Shown here piece after piece: positions 18,578 through 27,623 of a DNA stretch of 64,000 nt; position 1 is the first letter of the stretch; every line of letters starts with the position of its first letter. Made by a program: the position numbers and the translations under genes. Source of the DNA: an uncultured Alphaproteobacteria bacterium (lineage in GTDB: Bacteria; Pseudomonadota; Alphaproteobacteria; HIMB59; GCA-002718135); contig CACHBB010000002.1 in the NCBI GenBank assembly GCA_902577945.1, positions 2,043 through 66,042 of the forward strand, read 5' to 3'. The notes below the pieces were generated by a model that saw nothing but the letters and a program-made list of their open reading frames with translations, was not told the DNA's origin and searched no databases.

Positions 18578-19351
18578 TTAATTAGCTAAATAAGCGCTAG
18601 TTAATACAGGAAAACTAGTAAAACCAAACTTTTTAGATTTTTCTGCAATTTTAATTTGATTTTGCCAGTCTTTTATATGTTGTTCTTCTATTCCCTGACT
18701 CATGGCAAACTTTGCAAGCATATTTTCATAAAATATTGCTGGAGAATTTTCATCTCTATTTGTTATTAAATATGATAAATTTTCTGATTTAATATTTTGA
18801 TAGCCCAAATTTGATAACTTGCCGACTAGATCTAAAGGCAGCATCTGATGAAAGCAATGTGCTCTAAATGCTTCATGAATAATATCATTTAATTTTTTTT
18901 CTGGTCCATAAAATCTAAAGTAATCCCAGAGAATTGATACATTTACAAATTTTGAATTTTTTTTTGAAATTCTCTTAAGTTCTATTAAAGATTCATCAAC
19001 ATCTTCTATATATTCTAATGTTTGTGTAGATGTGACTTTATCACAAAAATTGTCATCAATATTAATCTTATCAGCGGTGCAACATATTAGTTTAATATTA
19101 TTCAAATCTTTACAGCGATTATTAGCAGCATCAAGTTGATCTTTACTTGGATCTATTCCAATTGATTTCCCATTTTTACCAACGCTTAAAGCAATCTCTT
19201 GTACTAAATGGCCACCTCCGCAACCAATGTCAATTACATTTTGTCCAATTTCAATGTTTAGTGAATTCATTATTGAGAGTCGACGAGAAACGCCTGCATA
19301 ACCATTAGCAATTTTTTGTTGTATTATACTTAACTCATTATCAAACTTCAT
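18578..19351 (-). CDS. Class I SAM-dependent methyltransferase (type 11)
   Basis: 257 aa with SAM motif VIDIGCGGGH. Substrate unknown. Confidence 0.7.
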   Translation of the reverse strand: MKFDNELSIIQQKIANGYAGVSRRLSIMNSLNIEIGQNVIDIGCGGGHLVQEIALSVGKNGKSIGIDPSKDQLDAANNRCKDLNNIKLICCTADKINIDDNFCDKVTSTQTLEYIEDVDESLIELKRISKKNSKFVNVSILWDYFRFYGPEKKLNDIIHEAFRAHCFHQMLPLDLVGKLSNLGYQNIKSENLSYLITNRDENSPAIFYENMLAKFAMSQGIEEQHIKDWQNQIKIAEKSKKFGFTSFPVLTSAYLAN

Positions 19352-19401
19352 AATAATAATTAACTTTCTTAGATATTTATTCTAATATAAATTTAATTAT
19401 T

Positions 19402-19812
19402 ATGGAATATTTATATACAAAAATATTTATTTTATCCTCAGTCTCATCATTATTGACAGTATTATTTATTAATACAAGATATTATAATATTTTTAAAAAA
19501 TTTTCTAAAAATAAAAAAATTCTTATTAATTTACTATCTTATTTTATTTCGTTTTGCCTTTTAACAGTATTTAATTACCAAACGTCAACTTTGGGTTTAT
19601 CTTCATTGGTAATTTTTAATGCAGCAATTATTACAATTATATTTTTTGAATTAGCAATATTTCTAGAAAAGACATTCTGGGATGATTTTCTTGGTAATTC
19701 TCTTCCTAGATCAATTAATTTATTAATTAGCTTTGTGGTCATGATGAATTTTGGTTACTTTACTTTAATGTTTTACATAAAGGTATTAGGCATTAATTAT
19801 TTTATATCATGA
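19402..19812 (+). CDS. Hypothetical integral membrane protein
   Basis: 136 aa with about four hydrophobic segments. ATGA overlap with the ade start suggests co-translation. No recognisable family. Confidence 0.45.
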   Translation: MEYLYTKIFILSSVSSLLTVLFINTRYYNIFKKFSKNKKILINLLSYFISFCLLTVFNYQTSTLGLSSLVIFNAAIITIIFFELAIFLEKTFWDDFLGNSLPRSINLLISFVVMMNFGYFTLMFYIKVLGINYFIS

Positions 19813-21617
19813 TAACTAGATTTTCTGTACCTAATCTTCATGAAGTTACAATACATTTAACTAATGTTGTTAATGGTAAATCAAAACCTGATCAAATTTT
19901 AACTAATGCAAAAATCTTATCAACTTATACTGATACTATATTAGAAAATAAAGAAGTATGGATTTCAAAGGGCCGCATTGCTTGCATCAAAAATGTAAAT
20001 GATCATAAAAGTATATTTAATGGAAATGATATTTCTGTATTTGATGTTGAAAAAAATATTTTGGCACCTGGTCTGATAGATCCTCATATGCATATTGAAA
20101 GTAGTATGATTACTGGATGTGCTTATGCTGAGGCTGCCTTATTAAATGGCACAACAACAATTTTTTGTGACTCTCACGAAATTGGAAATGTATTAGATAC
20201 AGATGGTATTGAATGGATGCTTGAAGATTGTAGACAAGCTCCTTTATCAATATTTTTAACTTTACCTAGCACTATACCGGCTACTAATGATTTATTAGAA
20301 ACTGCAGGGGGGGACTTAACTGCAACTAAGACAGCTTCTTTATATGATAAATGGCCTGAAATTTTGGGTTTAGGAGAAAAAATGGATTTTGTTTCAGTAT
20401 GTAATGGCGACAAAAGATCTCATAGTATTATTTCTGAAACTTTAAAACGAAATATTCCTGTTAGTGGTCATGTATTTGGTAGAGAATTTGTTGCCGCTTA
20501 TGCGGCAAGTGGAGTTACAGATACACATGAAGCTGAAGAAAAACTATTCACCAATGATTTGCTTAACGCGGGATTATGGATTTTTTTAAGAGGTGGAAAT
20601 CCACAAACACCGTGGAATAGTATTAAAGAAGCGATTAAAGTATTAACAGAAAGTAAAGTTAGTTCAAAGCGTATATGTGTATGTACTGACGATAGGGATG
20701 CTGATGATTTGTACAATTTTGGATTGGATTGGGTTGTAAGACAAGCCCATGAATTAGGGTTAGAAAAAACAACATCTTGGTCAATGGGATCTTTGCATCC
20801 TGCTACAAGGTATAACATAGATAGAGATTATGGAGCCCTTGGACATAGTAGAAGGGCTGACATAGTAATGTTGGATGATAGTCTTAATGTTTATAATACT
20901 TGGTTAGGTGGGGAATTAGTTGTTAAAAATAATAAAATTACTTCAGCTCTTGAACAACAATTAGAACATAAGAGATATAAATATCCTGATAGAGCTTATA
21001 ATACTGTTACATTACCAAATGAAATAAAATTAATTCCAGATATCCCTAATAAAGAAAATTTAAAAGTTAATGTTATTAAAACTGAACTACCTGGTATCAT
21101 GACAACAAGAGAAACTATAAATAGTAAAAAAGTCATTACTAATTGGAAAGCTTTTTTACTAGATAACAATTTGTGTCATGTATGTGTTGTAGAAAGACAC
21201 GGGAAAAATGGTGAATATGCTCATGGATTTTTAAAGAATTTTAATCTTAAACAGGGTGCTGTAGCAAGTTCAGTTGGACATGATGCTCACAACATAATTG
21301 TTGCTGGCATGAATGAAAGAGATATGAAATTTGCATTAGATATAATGAGAGAGACACAAGGCGGAATAGTTATTGTTAATAATGGTACTGTAATTGCAAA
21401 AGTTGAATTACCAATTGCCGGTTTACTCTCTGATAAAAGAGCAAATGTTGTTGCTGAAGAAAATAAAATATTAAAAGATAAGTGGATAAATGCTGGCTGT
21501 ACTCTTCCTTACATGGGCTTTAATTTATTACCTTTATCAGTAATTCCAAATTTCAGAATCACAAATAAAGGTTTAGTTGATGTAAACACAATGAAACTTA
21601 TTCCTTTATTTGAGTAA
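19809..21617 (+). CDS. ade: Adenine deaminase
   Basis: 602 aa amidohydrolase with APGLIDPHMHIESSM, CDSHEI and C-terminal SVGHDAHNIIV and LPIAGLLS motifs, colinear with E. coli Ade. Confidence 0.9.
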   Translation: MITRFSVPNLHEVTIHLTNVVNGKSKPDQILTNAKILSTYTDTILENKEVWISKGRIACIKNVNDHKSIFNGNDISVFDVEKNILAPGLIDPHMHIESSMITGCAYAEAALLNGTTTIFCDSHEIGNVLDTDGIEWMLEDCRQAPLSIFLTLPSTIPATNDLLETAGGDLTATKTASLYDKWPEILGLGEKMDFVSVCNGDKRSHSIISETLKRNIPVSGHVFGREFVAAYAASGVTDTHEAEEKLFTNDLLNAGLWIFLRGGNPQTPWNSIKEAIKVLTESKVSSKRICVCTDDRDADDLYNFGLDWVVRQAHELGLEKTTSWSMGSLHPATRYNIDRDYGALGHSRRADIVMLDDSLNVYNTWLGGELVVKNNKITSALEQQLEHKRYKYPDRAYNTVTLPNEIKLIPDIPNKENLKVNVIKTELPGIMTTRETINSKKVITNWKAFLLDNNLCHVCVVERHGKNGEYAHGFLKNFNLKQGAVASSVGHDAHNIIVAGMNERDMKFALDIMRETQGGIVIVNNGTVIAKVELPIAGLLSDKRANVVAEENKILKDKWINAGCTLPYMGFNLLPLSVIPNFRITNKGLVDVNTMKLIPLFE

Positions 21618-21674
21618 TTTATATTGAATTAATATTTTCATATTTTGTAAATATGATAATAATTTATTTTCTAG

Positions 21675-22373
21675 ATGCAAAAAGTTCTCTTTATATTACA
21701 TCAAAAAACATCAGTTCCTGGAGATATTGGTAACAAATTTGTAGATAGGAATTATCATATTGAAATATGCAGACCTCCTCTTGGAGATGATTTACCAACA
21801 AACTTAATCAATTACTCGGCTATTGTAGTTTTTGGAGCACCAGGAAGTATAAATGATGATGATGAATTTATTCAAAAAGAGATTAATTGGCTAAAAAAAG
21901 TTATTGAGTCTAAAGTTCCTTTTCTTGGAATATGTTTTGGAGCTCAACTTTTAGCTAAATATCTTGGATCAGAAGTTAAAACTAATTCTAGAGGTATATC
22001 AGAGATTGGATTTTATAAAATAAAGCCAACAGAAATTGGTAAAGAATTGTTTAAGTTGCAAGATACATTTTATCAATTTCATTCTGAAGGTTTTGAACTT
22101 CCAACTGGTTGTGAATTATTAGCTAGAGGAGACCTGTTTAATAACCAAGCTTTCAGATATAAAAATTGCTATGCACTACAATTTCATCCAGAAGTAAATT
22201 TTATAGTACATCTTAGATGGATTTTTTTAATTTTATTAAAAAATCCAAGAAAATTATTTGTAAGTGGAGCTCAAAATTTATTCATTCAATTTTTTTTGAG
22301 GTTTAAATACAATAAGTCAATTTCAAATTGGCTTGATAATTTTATAGATCAATATCTTTTAAAGGAAAGTTAA
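21675..22373 (+). CDS. Class I glutamine amidotransferase-like protein
   Basis: 232 aa with nucleophile motif GICFGAQLL and His-Glu motif QFHPE. Confidence 0.75.
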   Translation: MQKVLFILHQKTSVPGDIGNKFVDRNYHIEICRPPLGDDLPTNLINYSAIVVFGAPGSINDDDEFIQKEINWLKKVIESKVPFLGICFGAQLLAKYLGSEVKTNSRGISEIGFYKIKPTEIGKELFKLQDTFYQFHSEGFELPTGCELLARGDLFNNQAFRYKNCYALQFHPEVNFIVHLRWIFLILLKNPRKLFVSGAQNLFIQFFLRFKYNKSISNWLDNFIDQYLLKES

Positions 22374-22375
22374 AA

Positions 22376-23143
22376 ATGATTTTGTTTAAAGTTAATCAAT
22401 TATTTTACTCACCTGTAAAATCTTTATCTTTTTCATCTGTTAAAAAACTAGAAATTTTAGATAATATAGGAATAAAATTTGATAGAAATTTTGCATTTAC
22501 TAGAGATTTAGACGATGCAAAAATTAATTATATTCTAAATAATCCATTAAAAAGACAAATTGGTAATTTTCTTTCACTAAAACATTTTCCTGAACTAAAT
22601 CAATATAATTTTGATTTAAAAAATAATATTTTGGAATTAAAAAAAAATAATAATATTATTTTAAATACTAATATTAAAAATAAATCCGAAGTAGGCATTT
22701 TATGTAAAAAATTAGAGGAATTAATTCCAAAAGTAAAAAAAATAAAATTAATAAGAGATGCAATCAATCCCTTTTTTGATACTATGCCATCAAAAACAAT
22801 ATCTTTAATAAATATTAATAGTATTAAAGACTTTGAAAGAAAATTATCTAAGAAAGTTGAATTTCAAAGATTTAGGGGTAATATCTATGTAGATGGGCTA
22901 AATGCTTGGGATGAAAGAAATTTAGTAAATTCGACATTAATTATTAATAATGTCAAATTTAAAGTAATTAAAGAAATACCAAGGTGTTCAGCGACAAATA
23001 TAAAACCAAATTCCAACAAATATGATCTATCAGTTCCAATATCCTTAAAACAATTTTATAACCATATTAATTTAGGAATATATTTATTGCCTCTAAATAA
23101 TGGTAATATTAATTTAGATGACGATATTTTAATTGATGACTAA
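22376..23143 (+). CDS. MOSC domain-containing protein
   Basis: 255 aa with an N-terminal beta-barrel motif (YSPVKS..DRNFAF) and a MOSC core RFRGNIYVDG...PRCSATN carrying the conserved Cys. No ferredoxin domain. Confidence 0.75.
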   Translation: MILFKVNQLFYSPVKSLSFSSVKKLEILDNIGIKFDRNFAFTRDLDDAKINYILNNPLKRQIGNFLSLKHFPELNQYNFDLKNNILELKKNNNIILNTNIKNKSEVGILCKKLEELIPKVKKIKLIRDAINPFFDTMPSKTISLININSIKDFERKLSKKVEFQRFRGNIYVDGLNAWDERNLVNSTLIINNVKFKVIKEIPRCSATNIKPNSNKYDLSVPISLKQFYNHINLGIYLLPLNNGNINLDDDILIDD

Positions 23144-24260
23144 ATTTATTAATAAACACTCAGAAAAAATTATAGGTTATTTTTTTATACTGCCAGCAGT
23201 ATTAATTATCAGCTTGTTTGGATTATTCCCTGTATTTTTTGGAATGTATATGAGTGTTCATAAATGGAAAGTTTTTAAAGGTCGTTTTTTGGGTTTAGAA
23301 AATTATAATAAAATATTAGGTGATATCCCTGCCTTTTGTTTTTTTATTCTTGGTTTACTTCTTTTAATACTAAGTTACTGGATGTGGAGTGAATTAAAAG
23401 ATAAATTTAAAAATAAAATACTAATCATTTTTTTATCATTTTTAGTACTAACTTTAGGAATTTTATTAATTAACGTAAATTGGAATAAAATGCTTATTTC
23501 AGGTGATGATGATTACTTATATTCATTAATTTATACATTGTATTATTCTTTTTTTACTATAATTTTTGAAGTTGGACTTGGTTTAATTATTGCATATGCT
23601 TTATATCAAAGATTAGCAGGCAAGCAATTCTTTCAAATGATCTTGTTATTTCCTTATATAACTCCCGCAGTTATGGGAGCTGCAGTATTTTTTTTAATTT
23701 TTGGAAAAGCTGAAAATTCATTTTTGAATCAATTTATTGGTTTGTTTGGTATCGATCCACAGCTTTGGTTATTTGATAAAAGACCAATTACTGAAGTTTT
23801 ATTTGGTATAAAGATTGAAGGTTTATTTGCAGGTCCTAGTTTAGCTCTAATGTCATCAATCCTATATGGTATTTGGTCATATACTGGTTATTATGCAATA
23901 ATTCTTTTAGCTGGTCTTTCAATAATACCATCAGATTTATATGAGGCAGCTAAAGCTGAAGGTGCTAGTAGATGGCAAACTTTTACAAAAATTACAATAC
24001 CTTTATTAATGCCGATAATATTTTTTTTGATGTTAACTGGTTTTATAAATACTTTTCAGGCATTTAATAGTATTTTTGTTATGCAAACATCATCTGCAGG
24101 TGACTCGATGGATGTAGTAACAATTGAAATATTTGATCATTTTTGGGGACGTGTAAAATATGGTTATGCAGCTGCAGAAGGCGTTATATTATTTATTATA
24201 TTGAATGTTTTAGCAATTTCACAATATGTAATTTTTAGAAAACGACTTAGTTATGACTAA
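23133..24260 (+). CDS. ABC transporter permease, CUT1 (sugar-type) family, with extra N-terminal TM insertion
   Basis: 375 aa with MalF/UgpA-like topology and an EAA-loop-like sequence DLYEAAKAEGASRWQTFTKITIPL. It overlaps the MOSC gene by 11 nt. Confidence 0.85.
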   Translation: MMTKFINKHSEKIIGYFFILPAVLIISLFGLFPVFFGMYMSVHKWKVFKGRFLGLENYNKILGDIPAFCFFILGLLLLILSYWMWSELKDKFKNKILIIFLSFLVLTLGILLINVNWNKMLISGDDDYLYSLIYTLYYSFFTIIFEVGLGLIIAYALYQRLAGKQFFQMILLFPYITPAVMGAAVFFLIFGKAENSFLNQFIGLFGIDPQLWLFDKRPITEVLFGIKIEGLFAGPSLALMSSILYGIWSYTGYYAIILLAGLSIIPSDLYEAAKAEGASRWQTFTKITIPLLMPIIFFLMLTGFINTFQAFNSIFVMQTSSAGDSMDVVTIEIFDHFWGRVKYGYAAAEGVILFIILNVLAISQYVIFRKRLSYD

Positions 24261-25098
24261 AATATTTAATTCAGAAACAAGAATACCTTATTTAATTTTA
24301 TTAATTGTTTTTACTGTTTCTATTTATCCTTTCTTTTATATGATTAGCACTTCTTTAATGACTGCGGGTGAAGCATCTAATCAATATTTTCTTCCAAAAA
24401 AACTAATGTTTGAAAATTATTATGAAGTTTGGACCTCAAATAGATTTCAACGCTATACACTGAATAGTTTAATTATTAGCTCAATAACAGTCTTAGGTGT
24501 ATTGATTACTTCTATACCAGCTGCTTATTCTTTTGCTAAAATTAATTTTCCATTCAAAAATATCATATTCTATCTTTTGTTATTATCATTAATGATACCA
24601 GAAATAATTACCTTACTACCTCATCTTTTAATCATTAGAGGTGAGATAATACCTTTACCGTTTGGACCTTCTTGGATGAATACATTACAAGGTCTTACTA
24701 TTCCATTTATGGGAAATATTTTTGTCATTTTTCTATTAAGACAATATTTTAAAAAAATTCCAAATGAACTTTGGGACGCAGCTAGATTAGATGGCTCATC
24801 TCATCTTAATTTTCTATTGAAAGTTGTTATTCCAATGAGTAAGCCAATTATAGTTACCGTATCATTATTTACTTTTATAATTGCATGGAATAGCTTTGCT
24901 TGGCCTTTATTAATATTAACTAGAGATGACTGGTATCCAGTTACAGTATCTATCTATAGTTTTGTTAGGGAAGTAGGTCCTAATTTTAATCTGTTAATGG
25001 CTGCTTGTTTAATTGCAATTTCCCCAATTTTGTTGTTATATTTTTTTACTCAGAAGTTATTCATAGAAAGTATATCTAATTTTGGCTTAAAAGAATAA
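24253..25098 (+). CDS. ABC transporter permease, CUT1 (sugar-type) family
   Basis: 281 aa, MalG/UgpE-like, with EAA loop ELWDAARLDGSSHLNFLLKVVIPM. It overlaps the upstream permease by 8 nt. Confidence 0.85.
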   Translation: MTKIFNSETRIPYLILLIVFTVSIYPFFYMISTSLMTAGEASNQYFLPKKLMFENYYEVWTSNRFQRYTLNSLIISSITVLGVLITSIPAAYSFAKINFPFKNIIFYLLLLSLMIPEIITLLPHLLIIRGEIIPLPFGPSWMNTLQGLTIPFMGNIFVIFLLRQYFKKIPNELWDAARLDGSSHLNFLLKVVIPMSKPIIVTVSLFTFIIAWNSFAWPLLILTRDDWYPVTVSIYSFVREVGPNFNLLMAACLIAISPILLLYFFTQKLFIESISNFGLKE

Positions 25099-25166
25099 AA
25101 TTGTATTAATTTTGTAACAAAATTTTAATTTAAGCATTATATTAAATTTTTTTATGTGAGGTGATT

Positions 25167-26501
25167 ATGATTTTTTTTAAATATTTTTTAAATATACTTA
25201 TTGCTTCAATTTTTTTTATCTCTTCTAAATCAATTGCTATAACTGCTCAAGATATTGAAAATGCTGATCCTTCAGGTCAAACTGTAGAATTCTGGGTTCA
25301 ATATTCTGACGAAAGATTAGATGCAATGATGGCAAGAGCAGAAAGATTTGAAGTTGAAACAGGAATTAAAGTTAACGTTGTACATAAGGGTCATTATGGT
25401 AAAGTTCAATCAGCCATGATGTCAGCTGCTGGAACAAAAGATATTGCTGATGTTGCTAGAGGTTATGGTAATGCTGCTGCAGATATGTATCTAATTGGGG
25501 CATCAATAGATCAATCTATACTAGCAAACAGTAAAAAATGGGGTGTAACAAAAGATGATATTAATGATTGGGGTGCAAACTGGACAGTAGGATATTCTCC
25601 ATATTTTGATGGTAATCCAAAGTTGTTACATGAAGTTGGTAAATCAATTGAAATTCTCTATTACAATGCTGATTGGTTAAAGGAATTAGGATTAGACGAA
25701 CCAAAAACACCTGCTGACTTTGCTGAAGCTGCATGTGCTGCAACTAATCAAGACTTTAGTGGCAAAATGGGAGATGATGTTCCAAGTTATGGTTACGAAA
25801 TTGATACTGATGCAAGTAACTTTGCCGCTTGGGTATTTGCTCATGGTGGTGATGTCTTTGATTATAATAGCGGTCAATATATTTATAATGGTCCAAAAGC
25901 TATTGAAGCAATGGAATTCATTCAAGGTATGGCAAATAAAGGTTGTGCTATAGTTGCCAGAGGTAAGTATACTGATCAACAATATCTTGGACAAGGATCA
26001 GTTTTATTCGCAGCAGGTTCTACTTCAGGTATTACTTATTTTGAAAAATCTATAGCAGAAGGTTATAATGGTAATTGGGATGTTGCTCCAATTTCATACA
26101 CTACTAGTAAGCCAGTACTTAATCTTTATGGCGGTGGGTTAATTATGGGTAATACAGGTGATGCCAATAGAATGGTAGCAGCGTATCAGTGGATGAAATA
26201 TATTTCTAATACTGAAAATTCTGCTGTATGGTCCACGGAAAGCGGATATGGTTTTGTGAGAACATCATCAGCTAATCATCCATTAATTGCTGAAAAAAGA
26301 GCTGAACTAGCTCAATATGACAAATCCTTAGGAATGGTTCAATATGGCAAAGGTGAACCATCAGTTCCAGGATATTATTCAGTCAGAGGTGAAGTTGAAA
26401 AGGCTTATGCAGCTATAATTAATGGTGATGATATAATGTCTACATTAAATCAGCTCAACGATGACGCAAATGCTATACTAGCCGATGCTACAGCAGAATA
26501 A
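25167..26501 (+). CDS. ABC transporter periplasmic substrate-binding protein (family 1, sugar/organic solute type)
   Basis: About 444 aa with a signal peptide and a family 1 SBP layout. The GAGGTG SD is correctly spaced for the ATG at 25167; the track start at GTG 25161 lies inside the SD. Codon usage looks shaped by high expression. Confidence 0.85.
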   Translation: MIFFKYFLNILIASIFFISSKSIAITAQDIENADPSGQTVEFWVQYSDERLDAMMARAERFEVETGIKVNVVHKGHYGKVQSAMMSAAGTKDIADVARGYGNAAADMYLIGASIDQSILANSKKWGVTKDDINDWGANWTVGYSPYFDGNPKLLHEVGKSIEILYYNADWLKELGLDEPKTPADFAEAACAATNQDFSGKMGDDVPSYGYEIDTDASNFAAWVFAHGGDVFDYNSGQYIYNGPKAIEAMEFIQGMANKGCAIVARGKYTDQQYLGQGSVLFAAGSTSGITYFEKSIAEGYNGNWDVAPISYTTSKPVLNLYGGGLIMGNTGDANRMVAAYQWMKYISNTENSAVWSTESGYGFVRTSSANHPLIAEKRAELAQYDKSLGMVQYGKGEPSVPGYYSVRGEVEKAYAAIINGDDIMSTLNQLNDDANAILADATAE

Positions 26502-26523
26502 TTTATAATTTAAATTTTAAATA

Positions 26524-26547
26524 GGGTGGTTTATACCACCCTTTTTT
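26524..26547 (+). terminator. Rho-independent terminator after the SBP gene
   Basis: GGGTGG-TTTATA-CCACCC followed by TTTTTT. The next ATG (26548) follows the last T directly. Confidence 0.8.
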
Positions 26548-27111
26548 ATGATAATTGTTTGCTCTTTAAATGATTTAACTAACGTATGTGAAAGCGTTAA
26601 GCCAAAATTTGTTATTTCCGTAATTGATCCGGGATATGCTCCTGAAACTCCTAAAGGTGTAATGCATCATTTAAAACTAGGATTTGATGATATTGTAAAA
26701 ATTAGTCCAGAAAATAAAATTTTTAGACTCAATACAGATAATATACCCCAAACATTACCAGCAGAAAATCATGTAGACTCAATAATTGATTTTACAAATT
26801 ACTATAATGATGACGAAAATATAGTAATTCATTGCTGGTGTGGTGTTTCAAGATCTATGGCTACAGCTACTTATCTTTTATGCAGAAATAATACATTAAC
26901 AATTGAAACTAATATTAAATATATTCGAAAAATTGCTCCCCATGCTAATCCTAATAAATTATTAATTAAATTATTTGAAAATAAATTAAATGTTAAAAAT
27001 GAGATTAGTGCTTCATTTGAGAAATATCCTTATACTAAAACATATGATTGTTCTTCAAATTTTGCACCTGTTACTTTATTTGATATAAAAGAAATGAAAA
27101 AAACTATATGA
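26548..27111 (+). CDS. Predicted protein tyrosine/dual-specificity phosphatase (COG5350-like)
   Basis: 187 aa with the CX5R active-site loop HCWCGVSRS and an N-terminus MIIVCSL typical of this small alphaproteobacterial family. Confidence 0.65.
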   Translation: MIIVCSLNDLTNVCESVKPKFVISVIDPGYAPETPKGVMHHLKLGFDDIVKISPENKIFRLNTDNIPQTLPAENHVDSIIDFTNYYNDDENIVIHCWCGVSRSMATATYLLCRNNTLTIETNIKYIRKIAPHANPNKLLIKLFENKLNVKNEISASFEKYPYTKTYDCSSNFAPVTLFDIKEMKKTI

Positions 27112-27623
27112 AAGAATATGTAAGAACTATATCTGATTACCCTGTTAAAGGTATACAGTTTAGAGATATAACAACACTTCTTCAAGACGCTGGACATTTT
27201 AAACAAGTAATAGATGATATGACCATGCCATGGAAAAATAAGAAAATAGATGCAGTTCTTAGCATTGAATCTAGAGGATTTATTATGGCAGGAGCTATTG
27301 CTTATTTCTTAAATGCTGCCTTTATCCCTTTAAGAAAACCTCATAAACTACCTTTTGAAACATATAAAGTTTCATACGACCTAGAATATGGTTCAACCGA
27401 AATGCACATTCATACTGATGCCTTAAATGGACATAATGATTTATTAATAATAGATGATCTTCTTGCAACAGGTGGAACAGCTTTAGCTGCTGTTGAATTA
27501 ATTGAAAATTTCAAAAATAAAAATATTGTTGGTGCAGGATTTATAATTAATCTACCAGATCTTAATGGAGAAAAAAAATTAAAAGATACAGGAATTAATA
27601 TTCATTCATTGATGGAGTTTTAA
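27108..27623 (+). CDS. apt: Adenine phosphoribosyltransferase
   Basis: 171 aa with the PRPP-binding motif LLIIDDLLATGGT and the typical Apt N-terminus (IRTISDYPVKGIQFRDIT). Confidence 0.92.
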   Translation: MKEYVRTISDYPVKGIQFRDITTLLQDAGHFKQVIDDMTMPWKNKKIDAVLSIESRGFIMAGAIAYFLNAAFIPLRKPHKLPFETYKVSYDLEYGSTEMHIHTDALNGHNDLLIIDDLLATGGTALAAVELIENFKNKNIVGAGFIINLPDLNGEKKLKDTGINIHSLMEF

